Part shown: piece by piece, positions 50,189 to 62,113 of the stretch | How positions within the stretch are numbered: position 1 is the first letter of the stretch | Layout of the letters: the number at the start of each line of letters is the position of its first letter | DNA from: Octopus vulgaris | Taxonomy: Eukaryota | Length of the DNA: 64,000 nt | Reading direction: 5' to 3' | NCBI GenBank assembly: GCA_951406725.2 | Contig: OX597814.1 | Location: 167,958,001-168,022,000 of the forward strand | Notes under the pieces: generated by a model | The model's input: the letters and a program-made list of their open reading frames with translations, nothing else | Told to the model about the DNA's origin: nothing | The model's database searches: none | Position numbers and translations under genes: made by a program

Positions 50189-53100
50189 GTTAGTTTCTGT
50201 GGCCAGTAAACTCCATCTTTCACTTACCGTCTCTCTACACCCCCCTGTTGAGCTAGGGACTGATGTTATGCAGCCTGCACCGTTATTGAGTTCAATGTAA
50301 GTCCCCAACTAAGCAACAGTTAATTATTATCATTCATCTTATATCTTCTCCATTACTAAACAGATGTTCAGTGAATAAATCCATGAATTATTTGATTATG
50401 CTTTTTGCCATCTTGGCTTGACAAGGAAATATTTTAATTTTAAAGAAATTAACTAACATTAAATGTTCCTTATTGAATTTACCAAGTGCTGTTGGTCAAC
50501 TAAGATTGGAAATACTTTAACAGAATTGTTTTTGTCCTCTTGGCTAGGACACCAGGTAATAGCACATTTGGTAGAGTGGTTGGACAGGAATTACAAGGTT
50601 TTCCAGTTTAAAAACATCTCTTGTTTTCCAATAGAGTCACTTCCAAATTCTCGTATTTGTGAGTACCATTACAAAGCAGGGGAAAACATGTTGATGATGA
50701 ATATAAAAAAATCCTAAATTGTGTAGTTGGCAATAAAGAGTATATATATATTGTACCATTCACTATTTTAACAGAATAATTAACTCAGGTGAACTTTTAC
50801 AATTACTTACTCTTTATATATGATGCTACAAGCTTGCAGAGTAGCATTATTTGAATGCCACCTTCGTTATTCTTCTGATTGTCATGATTAATTTAAAAGA
50901 GCTGATACCTATGAAATATCCTGTTTATAACCACAAAACTTAGCCAACACACTGAGTGCAGGCTGGTTATTACATCTACCACCGCTCCTGGTTATAAATC
51001 TATTCTCTTTTTCATTTTCATATGAGATATTCAAAAAACATGGTAAATTGACAATCTGAAATATTTCCTCATTTGCTTTCATTATTATTCATTTTAACTG
51101 TACTAAGAGTGTTGTTCATTTCTATTTCTTTGTTTGTGTATTATATTATTTTGTTGATCAAGCAACTATTTTTTAGAGCAGTTACCACAGAAATTATAGG
51201 TAAGTGAGTGCTGGTTATTGAAACTTCAATAAAATGTTATTAAAAATTCATGAACAAATATTTTGTCTCAAATATTTTCTATACTTGATAGAGTGTAATG
51301 AATTATTATTAGAATAGTATAATCATATTGTATATTATCAACAATGAATATTGGAAAGTATCTATCAATGTAACTTTATTTTTTTCAATATTATGCTTCT
51401 TCACATTCGTATGTTCCTTGTATGAAATATATACTTAACTTAATATAAGTACATGCTCCTGTTTCGACAAGACAAAATAATTTACAGATGTAAAAAAAAC
51501 ATATTTCACACATCATAATTGGCTCTGGCTGCACCATGAAACAAAAGTAGTAAACCCTACATTACTATTTAAAACCTGAAGAATATTATTCATTATTATA
51601 GTCTGCACTACTTACAAAGCCTTTGCTGTAACAAGTTGCCTTCAAACTTCAGAAGGCTACTACAAGATCATCTGAAAGTTATTGCTACTTTTACTATGTC
51701 TAAGCAAAATAAAAGTATATAAACACTCACATCAAAATAGTATACTGTCAGATACGTCACTCTTCACAAAATTCAATGTTGTGTTGCCAGTCTCCAGCAA
51801 TGAAGTCGTGAAAATTTGAAGCCTGATATGCTCTGATAAAATTCACTTTGCACATCTATATAGCAACAGTAACCAAAAATCACCAAAATCTTCAGTCTTA
51901 CTCAAAATAGTTGCACAACTAGGGAAAGATATCCTAGAAGCTATTGTGATAAGCAGAGAATACTAAAGATATTTTTTTTTATATTTGATATATTAAATCT
52001 ATCTATATGCTATTGTTTTCAGATGTAAACTTCTATTTTTATTTTTAGCATTAGAACATTAACCTTCTCCATTTCATCTTTTTCTTTCAGACAAACTTTT
52101 CAGTATTTTTTATTTCCTGTACAGTTATATTTATCATTCTGTTGTTTTAGATATCCAACTTTGTTGGTTGTCTTATACATAACAAACATTTGCATTTATT
52201 TGCTCAGGACTAAATGTTGATTTCTAAATATTATTTATGTACCACCATATCAATGCTAGTAATTATAAAACCAAAGGAACGCATTTAAGAACAACTGATT
52301 AATGAAGAATGCTATACTTGGCTACTGGTATATTTTCTAGAATATTTTCATCATTAACTTTTTAGTGGCTATATTTCAAATGAAATACACAGGCCATAGT
52401 TTCCAATTAATTTTGAAAATAATTAAGAATTTGGAAGGAGAGATTTAATGAAATAACTAACATTTATATTCTTTAACTTGTAGTTTGGGACCTAACTTAA
52501 AACTTTCTTACATGGAATTGTGATAGAATGTGATATGGACATTTGAAATCAAGATATTTTTGTATCATAAAACCAAAGGTAGCCTCTGTTGAATTGGTGT
52601 TGAAAAGTTCTAAGAGTCTTTAAAAGAAGGACTTCTCCAAATCTTACTATAAGCCTACGATAAAGGTACACAACTATAAGCTGCTGGTGAAGATTATTAT
52701 AATGATTACATCTCATATTTTTAAATTGCTCTCCTTTCTTAGTAGTATCAGTTTTTCAGACTACCTTCAAATTGTGTACCAAGCAATTCTAATTTTTCAG
52801 GCAAAGCCTTTCTTTGGGGGGAAGAAAATAGAAGATTTTGGATGAGATTGATAAGTATAGCAAAAAGAAGGAAAGAAAGTCAAGCAAGAAATGTAGTTGC
52901 TTGCAGAGATCGCTGACTAGAATGGAGGCAAATGAAAAAGGGAAAGCGCAGAAAGAAAAGCTGACAGATTTTTGTGTATAGGCATAACAAGCATGGTGAT
53001 TCACTCACATGTGTATATTATATATACATATACTTATATAAGTAAGGGTGAAGAAAGTGAAGTGTAATGAACATAGTTGTCTGTTCACATACAAGCATGA

Positions 53101-54606
53101 CCATTGATACAAGTGTAAAGATAAAGGTAAGGTAAAGACTCCCTTCGGTCATGAATAACCATGGGATTGCATGTGAGTGTGTATATGTCTGTGTGTGTGT
53201 GTGTGTGTAGAAAGTTATCTTCTGAGGCGGCACAAGTCCAAGCAAGGTTGTTTATGGAAGACCAGCAGTCACCCCTGCATACCAGCTGCCCATCTCCAAT
53301 GCCACCAATGTTCTCCAAGGGAAAAACAAAGGCCGTTGCAACTTGGCACCAGTGACATCACAAATCATTTTTACAGCTGAGTGAACTGGAGTAATGTGAA
53401 ATAAAGTGTCTTGCTCAAGAACACATCACACAGCCTGGTTCAGGACAAGTGTGTACATGTTATATATAGATATATACAAACACACACACACGTTAGAAAG
53501 ATTGGTATTTTTTGTCCTTAAAACTGGAAAGCTGCTGCTGCTTTACATAACATAAATATATTTTACAATTGATATTGTTCACTCGTGTTGAATGACACTA
53601 CACAAACTACCACACAAATCAACATAGGAGTTTCTATATATATATATATATATATACTGTGGCTGGAAATAAGCTAGTGTTTATGTTCACAGCTGAAATA
53701 CATATCTTTGGTAACAAGTTTGCTTGATAGAAACGTACCTTGGGCTAAACACCAACTGCACATCTTAAACTCTATGTGCTTGATAGGTAAGCTTCTACTC
53801 ACAAATATTCTCCAACTCTTGTCTCACTATCGAGCTGTGTGTGTTTGTCACTCTCTTCCAAATATATATGTATATATTGTCAGTAAATCATAAATCCATA
53901 TGAGAAGCACACTCTAAGTTATAGATCATAGATCAGTAGAGTATTTAGAGCAAGTTATGGCTGGTTCATAGGGTTACCCAGGGTTTTGCATCCATGAAGT
54001 GCTTAGCCTTATCCTTTCTCTTGGGGTTCATAATCTTGCAAACTGGATGGTAACCTCAGTAGTGTTGCTGGCATGAAAAAAAACCACTCAATGCATACTG
54101 TAAAATAATTGGCATTAGGAAGGGCCACAGAAACTGTACCAAAGTAGACGTTGGACCACAATGCAGTGCTTGAACTCTTCAGATCCTGTCAAACTATCCA
54201 ATCCATTCCAGCATGGAACACGGTAATTAAATGACATTGATGATGGTTTTTACTGTATGTGTGTGTGTATAAATAAAATGCTATATATATGTAAGATGTC
54301 TATAAATGTGATCTAAGACAGAAAAACTAAGAATAGATTCTTCTTTTTTCTGTCTTTGTGGACATATATATTTTGGGAAAATCTTAACAGTTTAATATTT
54401 TATTAAATTCTGTTTTGATATTTTCCCCAAAACTCTGTTGCCTTAACAACTGTGTATTCTTCTAATTCATGTGGAGGCAACAGGACAGGCAAAAGATCCT
54501 TTTGTTTTTTATCCTTCCAGAAACTTTTAAGTAAATTCCAGTTTAATTTCTTAAAACATTGGTTTGTGATTGGAAAGGTTTGTCTTTTTTCTTTTTTTCT
54601 TCTTAG

Positions 54607-54712
54607 AAACTCGGAAACACAAAAACCTAGATCATCAGATGCTGTTTCAAACACACAACCCAGTGTTAGTTTGATTCTACGAGCTGAGCCTACAGTCACA
54701 AGTATTCTCAAG
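54607..54712 (+). CDS. MED24: MED24 coding exon 10 (last found; gene continues beyond the window)
   Basis: NTQPSVSLILRAEPTVTSILK vs NIQPNIQLILRAEPTVTNILK; AAG|gtacc. Confidence 0.94.
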
Positions 54713-54773
54713 GTACCACTATTTTACTGTTCTTTCTTTTCATTTAATTAGCTTTGTGCAAATATATATACAT

Positions 54774-54957
54774 ATAAGAACATGAGACGACAAAGGAATA
54801 AATGATTATCTTATTAACTTCATTAGCTTACAGCTGTTTCTGCTATAAGATGCAGGCACTCAACTATGAGTCCAGTACATCTTATAAGCAGAAACAGCTG
54901 TCAGCTAAGAAAGCTCATAAAATAATCGTTTATTCCTTTATCATTTCATTTTCTTAT
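54774..54957. repeat. Long inverted repeat (~90-bp arms, ~4-nt loop) just downstream of MED24 exon 10
   Basis: AAAGGAATAAATGATTAT..TTAGCTTACAGCTGTTTCTGC.TATAAGATG pairs with CATCTTATAAGCAGAAACAGCTGTCAGCTAA..ATAATCGTTTATTCCTTT. Confidence 0.88.
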
Positions 54958-57900
54958 TACCACTCTGTACTTGATTAATGTTTTGTTCTGAAGCATATGT
55001 ATATTGAGTTCTATACCAGGTTATTAGTCTCGATATGCCTAAACGAAATATTAAAATGCAAACATATATATGTATATTGTGTAAAGAAGTGCTGATAACT
55101 TAAAGTGGAAGCAAGTTGTGGAAGAGGGAGCCCCAGAAAGACCTGGGACAAAGTATTGAAGGCTGAGCCTTACAAAGGAGATGACAGAGGACTGAGGTAT
55201 ATGGCACATTGATGTATTCAAGACCCACCCACCACAACAAAATTGAGATCCTAAAAGCAGGGTGCCATATAAAAGCACCCAGTACATTCTGTAAAGTGGT
55301 TGGCATTAGGAACAGCATCTAGCTGTAGGAAGGGCTTCCAGCCAAAACAGACAATGGAACCTGGTGCGACCCTTGGCCTAGCCAGTGCCTGTCAAGCCAT
55401 CCACCCCATGCCAGCATGGAAAACCGACACTACATGTTATTATGATGACGATGAGATATACATATATATATATACATATACATATATATAATTATTGTAA
55501 TTTATTTCAGTGATTTTCTGATATGTTTTTGTGAAAGCGGATTATGTTATTTATAGCCAGGTTAAGAAACTTAACTGTCACACACTCTTGTAATGTCTTT
55601 GCTGCTGAGGTAGATGATACACCCACTTATTTCTTGCTGCCCATATGTTTATTTTCCTTACCTACATTTCCATAAATATACAAATACACACTCTATCTTG
55701 ATATTTTACATTCAGTAGTTCTGCATTCGGAACTACTCTTCTCATTTCCTCTTTCTAAAACCCTTTGTTTTTTTTAATATTATCTGATTATAAACAGATT
55801 CATTGGCTTTTTAGTGATTCTAATAAAAAATATTTTAGTTGGGTATTAAATTCATTTAAAAAATATTAAAAATTTTTTCGAGTTAAATTTACAGGTTTCA
55901 GTTTATCGTTGTATGTCCCTGTTAGGCTCATATTTTTGGTACTAATGACTTTGCATTTTTTTCTTATACATTTACATACAACAACACGACTTATTAATAT
56001 ATTTCTGACATTGAATATTAATTTACTTTTTCATTAAAAATTAACGAGATCTGTGATATTATAAAATATTTTTAAAATATCAAACTGTCTTTAAAACACT
56101 TAGAACAAGATTAGCAATGTTTATCCCATCGAAATATATATTCTGTTATTGGTTTCAGTCATTGCACAGCAGCCATGCTGGAGCAAAGCCTTTGTAGGAT
56201 TTTAGTTGGTCATCATTTTGGCATTAGGAAGGGCATCCAGCTGTAGAAACTCTGCCAGATCAAGATTGGAGCCTGGTGCAGCCATCTGATTTGCTAGTCC
56301 TCAGTCAAATCGTCCAACCCATGCTTGCATGGAAAGCGGACGTTAAACGATGATGATGATCATGATCATGACCATAATGTATATTTTAGTCTGGCATTTA
56401 GTTATTTCATATTTTACCAGTAAAGTTAACATTTTGACTCAACACTGGTCTTGCTTTTGCTATAAGAATTATAGCAAACACAGCTACACACACATACATA
56501 TATGCAGACATAAATGCACATGTGCACACATACACACACACACGCAGGTTCATTTGTCAAATTCCATTCACAAAGCATTAATCAGTCTGGGATGTGCCAC
56601 ACTGTAGGAATGAACCGAGAAACAGGCACTTGTAAAGCAAGACTCCTTATTTGCATTGTCAAGCCCATAAAACTGCTAATCTGTATAACATTATTGGGGT
56701 GGGGTGGGCTGGGAGAAATCATTGTACTTCATAGAAAATTTTTTAAAATTTCTTTGTAACTAATATTGTTAAATTCTTTTTCTTTTCTCCATGCCAAACC
56801 TTTTCACTAATTTACAGTTCATATTTTCCTCTGCCTATTTTGGCATGAAATATTCAAAAATGTAACTTTTGTTACTTTCCTCTTTCTATGCTAGAATAGG
56901 TTACATAGGTTTTGCAGATTTGGATATTTGAATGCATCTTGGAACATTTCTTTTAAAGCTGAAAGCTTCTTGTAGTGTTGACTACATCATTATAAAGTGA
57001 AATATAATATTAATATACCTACACAAATTTACTGAAACTTGTTATTTCTGACTAGGTGTGCTACTCAGAAATTTCGAAATTTAAACTGATTACCATTAAA
57101 AGATAATGACCCATTACTCTGCATTCTTACTCACTCTGTCCCTGGTTTCAAAAATGTTTTTAACTGATGTATATGCAAATTCTAATGACATTTAGCTATT
57201 TATCTTAATTTGAATTCAGAATGTTTCCACCCTTTAGGATTTAAACTGCTATATCTGGCCCAAATCTGTTTTATGTTCAAACTGATCAGATCAAGCCTTT
57301 CACACCTATCCAACACTGCCAGTCTAAAGATAACAATCACGTTGTCAAAATCTCAAAATAATGCATGATTAATTCAAAACAATGTGAATAAATAAGCATT
57401 ACACTTGAAAGAATTATCTGAATGCTAAAGGGTTAAAGTTTACAGTTTATAATCTTGCATTTAAATTTAGCATATTTTCAATGTTTTGTGTTTAATCCTT
57501 AACCTAAAGTAAATTTTTACCTAAGAAATAGTGCACGCATGGGTGTGTGGTAAGAAGTTTGCTTCCCAATCACATGATTCCGGGTTCAATCCCACTGCAT
57601 GGTACCTTGGGCATGTGTCTTCATGTCTTCAGTTATAGCCCCAGATCAAGACCAACCAAAACCTTGTGAGTGGGTTTTTGTAAACAGAAACTAAAAGAAC
57701 CCTGTCACGTGTGTGTTTCTGTCTTCTTGCCATGACATCACATGATAGTTGTAAATGAATGTTACTGTCATACAAGCAGTGTCCTTCATTCAGCCTCTGT
57801 GAAACATGTCCCTTCATGTGGTATTATTACCTTACCTGCCATAAATAATCCACTTCAACTAAATTCCATCAGACCCAGGTAGGCATGGAAAAGTGGACAT

Positions 57901-58609
57901 TAAAACAATGATGATAATAAGTTGTAAATTGTAACAGTATTAAAGTAACTTGTAGTTAACCCTTCTGTGTTACTTGCACTGGCTAAAGGCAGTAAATGCA
58001 TTAATTTGGAATAATGTAAACGAGAAAATTTAATGATAAAGGAAACTAAACTAGGTCGGTCCTAGTTGAGCAGACTTATGATTGGTATGCTAGCCATGAC
58101 CATCCTGCCTTTACAGACATTCTTCTCTGTCACTTAATGAGGAAGAAAGTCATGATCCTTTCTACTGCCTCTGAGACTAGTGGAAGGAAAAGAGCATGTC
58201 CTCATGCTGGGGACTTGATCCAAATACTATTAACAGTGAACTTAGTGAAAAACATCTAATAGCCAAGTGGAGCCAGGCAATGGATCGAGTCTATATAGTT
58301 TATCTCAGACTTTTCAGTATGTTCTTGCCTTTTTAAAGACACTAGTGTGTCATTTGAGAAATTGGCTGCTATTTCTTGCAGGTTAAGTAACCATGTAAAA
58401 ATAAATGGTAGCATATAATTTATGGATTCTTTAAATGATTATTAAATCTGTTTTTCCACCATCAAATTTGGTGCAAAAAATGATATTGTTTCATGTTTTT
58501 ACCAAAGTGCACATGAGAAAAATTCTTTTAGAGCTAGACTCCCATAAGTGTGGGTGAGAGCATGTGTGTATATTTAGCAGTATCAGTGCCAAGCAGTTTT
58601 TAGGCACAA

Positions 58610-59094
58610 GCAAACTTTAGGTGAGTTAAAATATCTTTGTGACATATTTCAACTTCTAAAGACATATTCACTGCAGTTACCATGGAGAAAAAAATTCTCT
58701 CTTATGGTAAAGGGTATAGAAACATCTTAAGAAATATATCACAAACATATTTTAACTTACCTACAGTTCGCTTATACCTAAATACCGCTTGGTGCTGGTG
58801 ACTGTTGAATTTCTTCTGGCCTGGCAGTCCCATGGTACAACTTGGTCAATGTTGTTCAATGTGTTTTAGTTAAAGCTACGACTTTAAAATCTGTCCAGAG
58901 TTACCTCTCTTCACTATTTCCCATTGATAACTGCTAAAGAACTAGAAACACATTTGGGAATCCAATAGGAGGCAGATATGATGTTTTTACACATTTTATC
59001 ATAGAGATTTTTTTCTTTTTCCATAGTAACTGCAGTGAATTTTCCTTTATAAATTGAAATATGTCACAAACATTTTAACTGACCTAAAGTTTGC
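58610..59094. mobile_element. Foldback/MITE-like element with ~115-bp imperfect TIRs
   Basis: GCAAACTTTAGGT..GTGACATATTTCAA..ATTCACTGCAGTTAC mirrored by GTAACTGCAGTGAAT..TTGAAATATGTCAC..ACCTAAAGTTTGC. Confidence 0.78.
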
Positions 59095-59835
59095 ACACAC
59101 ATATATATATATGTGTGTGTGTGTATACACGCACAAACAAACATATATGAATACAAATAGAAATATTTGTGTAATATTACAACATATTACATGTGATCCC
59201 TGTTCATTTCATCCAGCAAAAGTCAAATAAACAAAACATATAGACACACATAGAAAGAGAGAATGCATTTTATTCTTTATATATTTCAGTCATTTGACTG
59301 CAGCCATACTGGAGCACCACTTTAAAGGGTTTTAGTCGAAGAAATTAACCCCAGGGCTAGTACTTATTCTGTTTGTCTCTTTGGCCGACCTGCTAAGTTG
59401 CGGGGACGTTAACTCAAACCAACGTCAATTGTCGAGTGATGGTGGGGGACAAACACAGACAGAAACAGACACATACACGCATAAAAATATATATATGATA
59501 GATCGCTAGCCACTAAACATTCTTTATTTTCTCTCTTTGTTTCTTTCTGTGGAAGAGCGTAGGCTCGAAACGTTAAAAACTTTTTCACTTCCCGAGCATT
59601 ATACCAATACATCTGTTTGTTGTCTACACCACCTGTCTCTGTCTTTTGTTTTTTTGTGAATTCTCTCTCTCTCTCTATACTATAACAAATTTTTTTCAAT
59701 TGGTATTTTCATATTCTTAATACTTGCTCTGGCTGATTTTTATGAATATGATGAATTTTTTATTGGAAATTATTTTTTCTCTCTTTTTTTGGGATCCTTC
59801 AGAAAGTTTGAATTGTTCTTTTTGAACTTATATTT

Positions 59836-59839
<4 letters not shown>

Positions 59840-59896
<57 letters not shown>
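59840..59896. repeat. (TA)n microsatellite inside a SINE-A copy. Other simple repeats: 1539-1571 (TA), 2983-3106 (TA/TG/CAT), 14660-14740 (GGT), 18247-18297 (TAT), 20150-20195 (GTA/GCA), 62081-62200 (TA/CA)
   Basis: Read directly from the sequence. Confidence 0.95.
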
Positions 59897-59897
<1 letters not shown>

Positions 59898-62082
59898 GAT
59901 GATGGGCTTCTTTCAGTTTCTGACTACCAAATCCACTCATAAGGCTTTGATCAGCCTGAGGCTATAGTAGAAGACACTTGCCCAAGGTGTCATGTAGTGG
60001 GATTGAACCTGGAACTATGTGGTTGGGAAGCAAACTTCTTACCACACAGCCATGCCTATTTACTTTGAAGGTGAAATGTTTTCACATAATACACACAATA
60101 TATACTATTATTGTGATGACATTTTAATGACTGAGAGATTCCTTAATCCTCATGGATTATGGAAAACTGCTGGAAAATCCAACCTTGAGTTTGGAAAATG
60201 TGGAAAGAAAAGCAAACCATGTTTATATTTTGTTTCTAAAACAATTCTTTAGATTTAATGTTTTCAAGTGTTTTCTTAAGTTCGGTGGAAGTATCCTGTG
60301 TGGGTCAAGTCTGACTTTCTTTTTGGAACAACAAAGTGTTGGTGGTTCAACTTTCCATTTGTCAATCTTGACAACTCCATAGATTTAGAACATTATAGGA
60401 GCCCATGTTCAGCTAAATACCATTAAGACTGCAAAATATCTTAGAAATGATAAAAAATGTCAGTGCCAGCAATGTATTGGTTTGAGCCACTCTTTGTTGT
60501 TCCAGTCATCTATCCATTTCCTTCTGACTACACTCACATTCTCTCTTTCACACACACTGCATTGCATTGCATTCTTTTCTAATGGTATATTTCCAATAAC
60601 TTTCCATTTCTTTGTATGGACTAAAGAAAATTTAGAAATTTTCACCTCAACAAATATATTGAAATTTGAAAATTATTTGTTTTAAACTTAACTAATGGAT
60701 CTAATGTGTGCTTGGCAGCATATTTTAGCTCCATTGAAATATAATATTAATTATAATCCTTTCTACTATAGGCACAGGGCCTGGAATTTGGGGGAGGGGA
60801 CTAATTGATTACATCGACCCCAGTGTTTCACTGGTACTTAATTTATCGACCTCAAAAGGATGAAATGCAAAGTCAACCTCGGTGGAATTTGAACTCAGAA
60901 CGTAAAGATGAGCATTTTGTCCAGTGTGCTAATGATTTTGCCAGCTCACTTCCTTGTTAATATTAATTATAATGATAATAAAATTGCTTCAGATGGTGTG
61001 GTTCTTATATGGATAATGGTAATGAGTTCTTTAGTTTTAGCTAGGTTTGCTAGTTCATTAAAGTATTACATTTTATGTATTAAATGTTATACAATTCATT
61101 TTGACTGGGATTTTGTTTCACCTGACACCTTATTCCACCAGTGAAGTAACATTTTCTTTTTGATAATTATGTAGGAGATAGAATGAAAAGGAGTGTTCAG
61201 TTAGTAAACCATCAGTCAAAACTTAAATTTCCAGTCAAAATGAATTTTAAAATAAATCTGAATTTACTTCAAGTATAGAGTCTCTTGATCAGTAAATATT
61301 CTGCTAATTATTAAAATTGCTTCAAGGTTGGGAGCTGGCAGAATCATTAGCACACTGGGTAACATTTCGTCCGCCTTTATGTTCTGAGTTCAAATTCTGC
61401 CAAGGACTTTTCTTTCAACCTCTCAGAGTCAATAAAATAAGTACCAGTTGAGTACTGGGGTCAATGTAATCGACTGCCCACCCCCCTTAATTTCTGGCCT
61501 TGTGCCTATTGTAGAAAGAATTATTAAAATTGCTTCAAAATAATAAGCTTAAATTAACATTTAAATTAAATATCATTACATTCTGACTTATGCCATTTTT
61601 CATTTTTTTTTTAATCAAAATTTTCTATAAATGAAAATAGTATGTGACAATAATCAGAGATAAATATTTTTCAATTTCCATATCTACATCAAATGAATTC
61701 AGTAGCCTTTTTTTTTTTAATCCCTCAAAGCTATAAAGATGTCTTGTTGGAAACTGATTCACTATGACTACAAAATCCACAAGATATTTAAAATTACAAG
61801 ATTTTTCTTCCTCCAACAAGCTGCTTTTTTTTTTATGTCTTAGTAGGTGCAATACATAATACTCTACAAGCAAACTTTGCTTGAAAGTTTTTATTTCAGT
61901 ATGACTTGACTTAATGTTTCCTGGTGCAGTGTTTTAAATTCTGAAAAAGTATTCGGTTGACTTGCAGTTTACTGGTTCCCCTCATAATATGACGACTGTA
62001 GAAGATGTGCATTCAGTAAGTTTGCTATGATTTTCAGTATTATGTGAAACCAGAAATAACTTACTTTGATTTCCAACACTAC

Positions 62083-62113
<31 letters not shown>

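Noticed and set aside
52020-52160. Cluster of polypyrimidine-AG acceptor-like sites in MED24 intron 9
   Set aside because: No matching donor or frame-preserving exon is evident.
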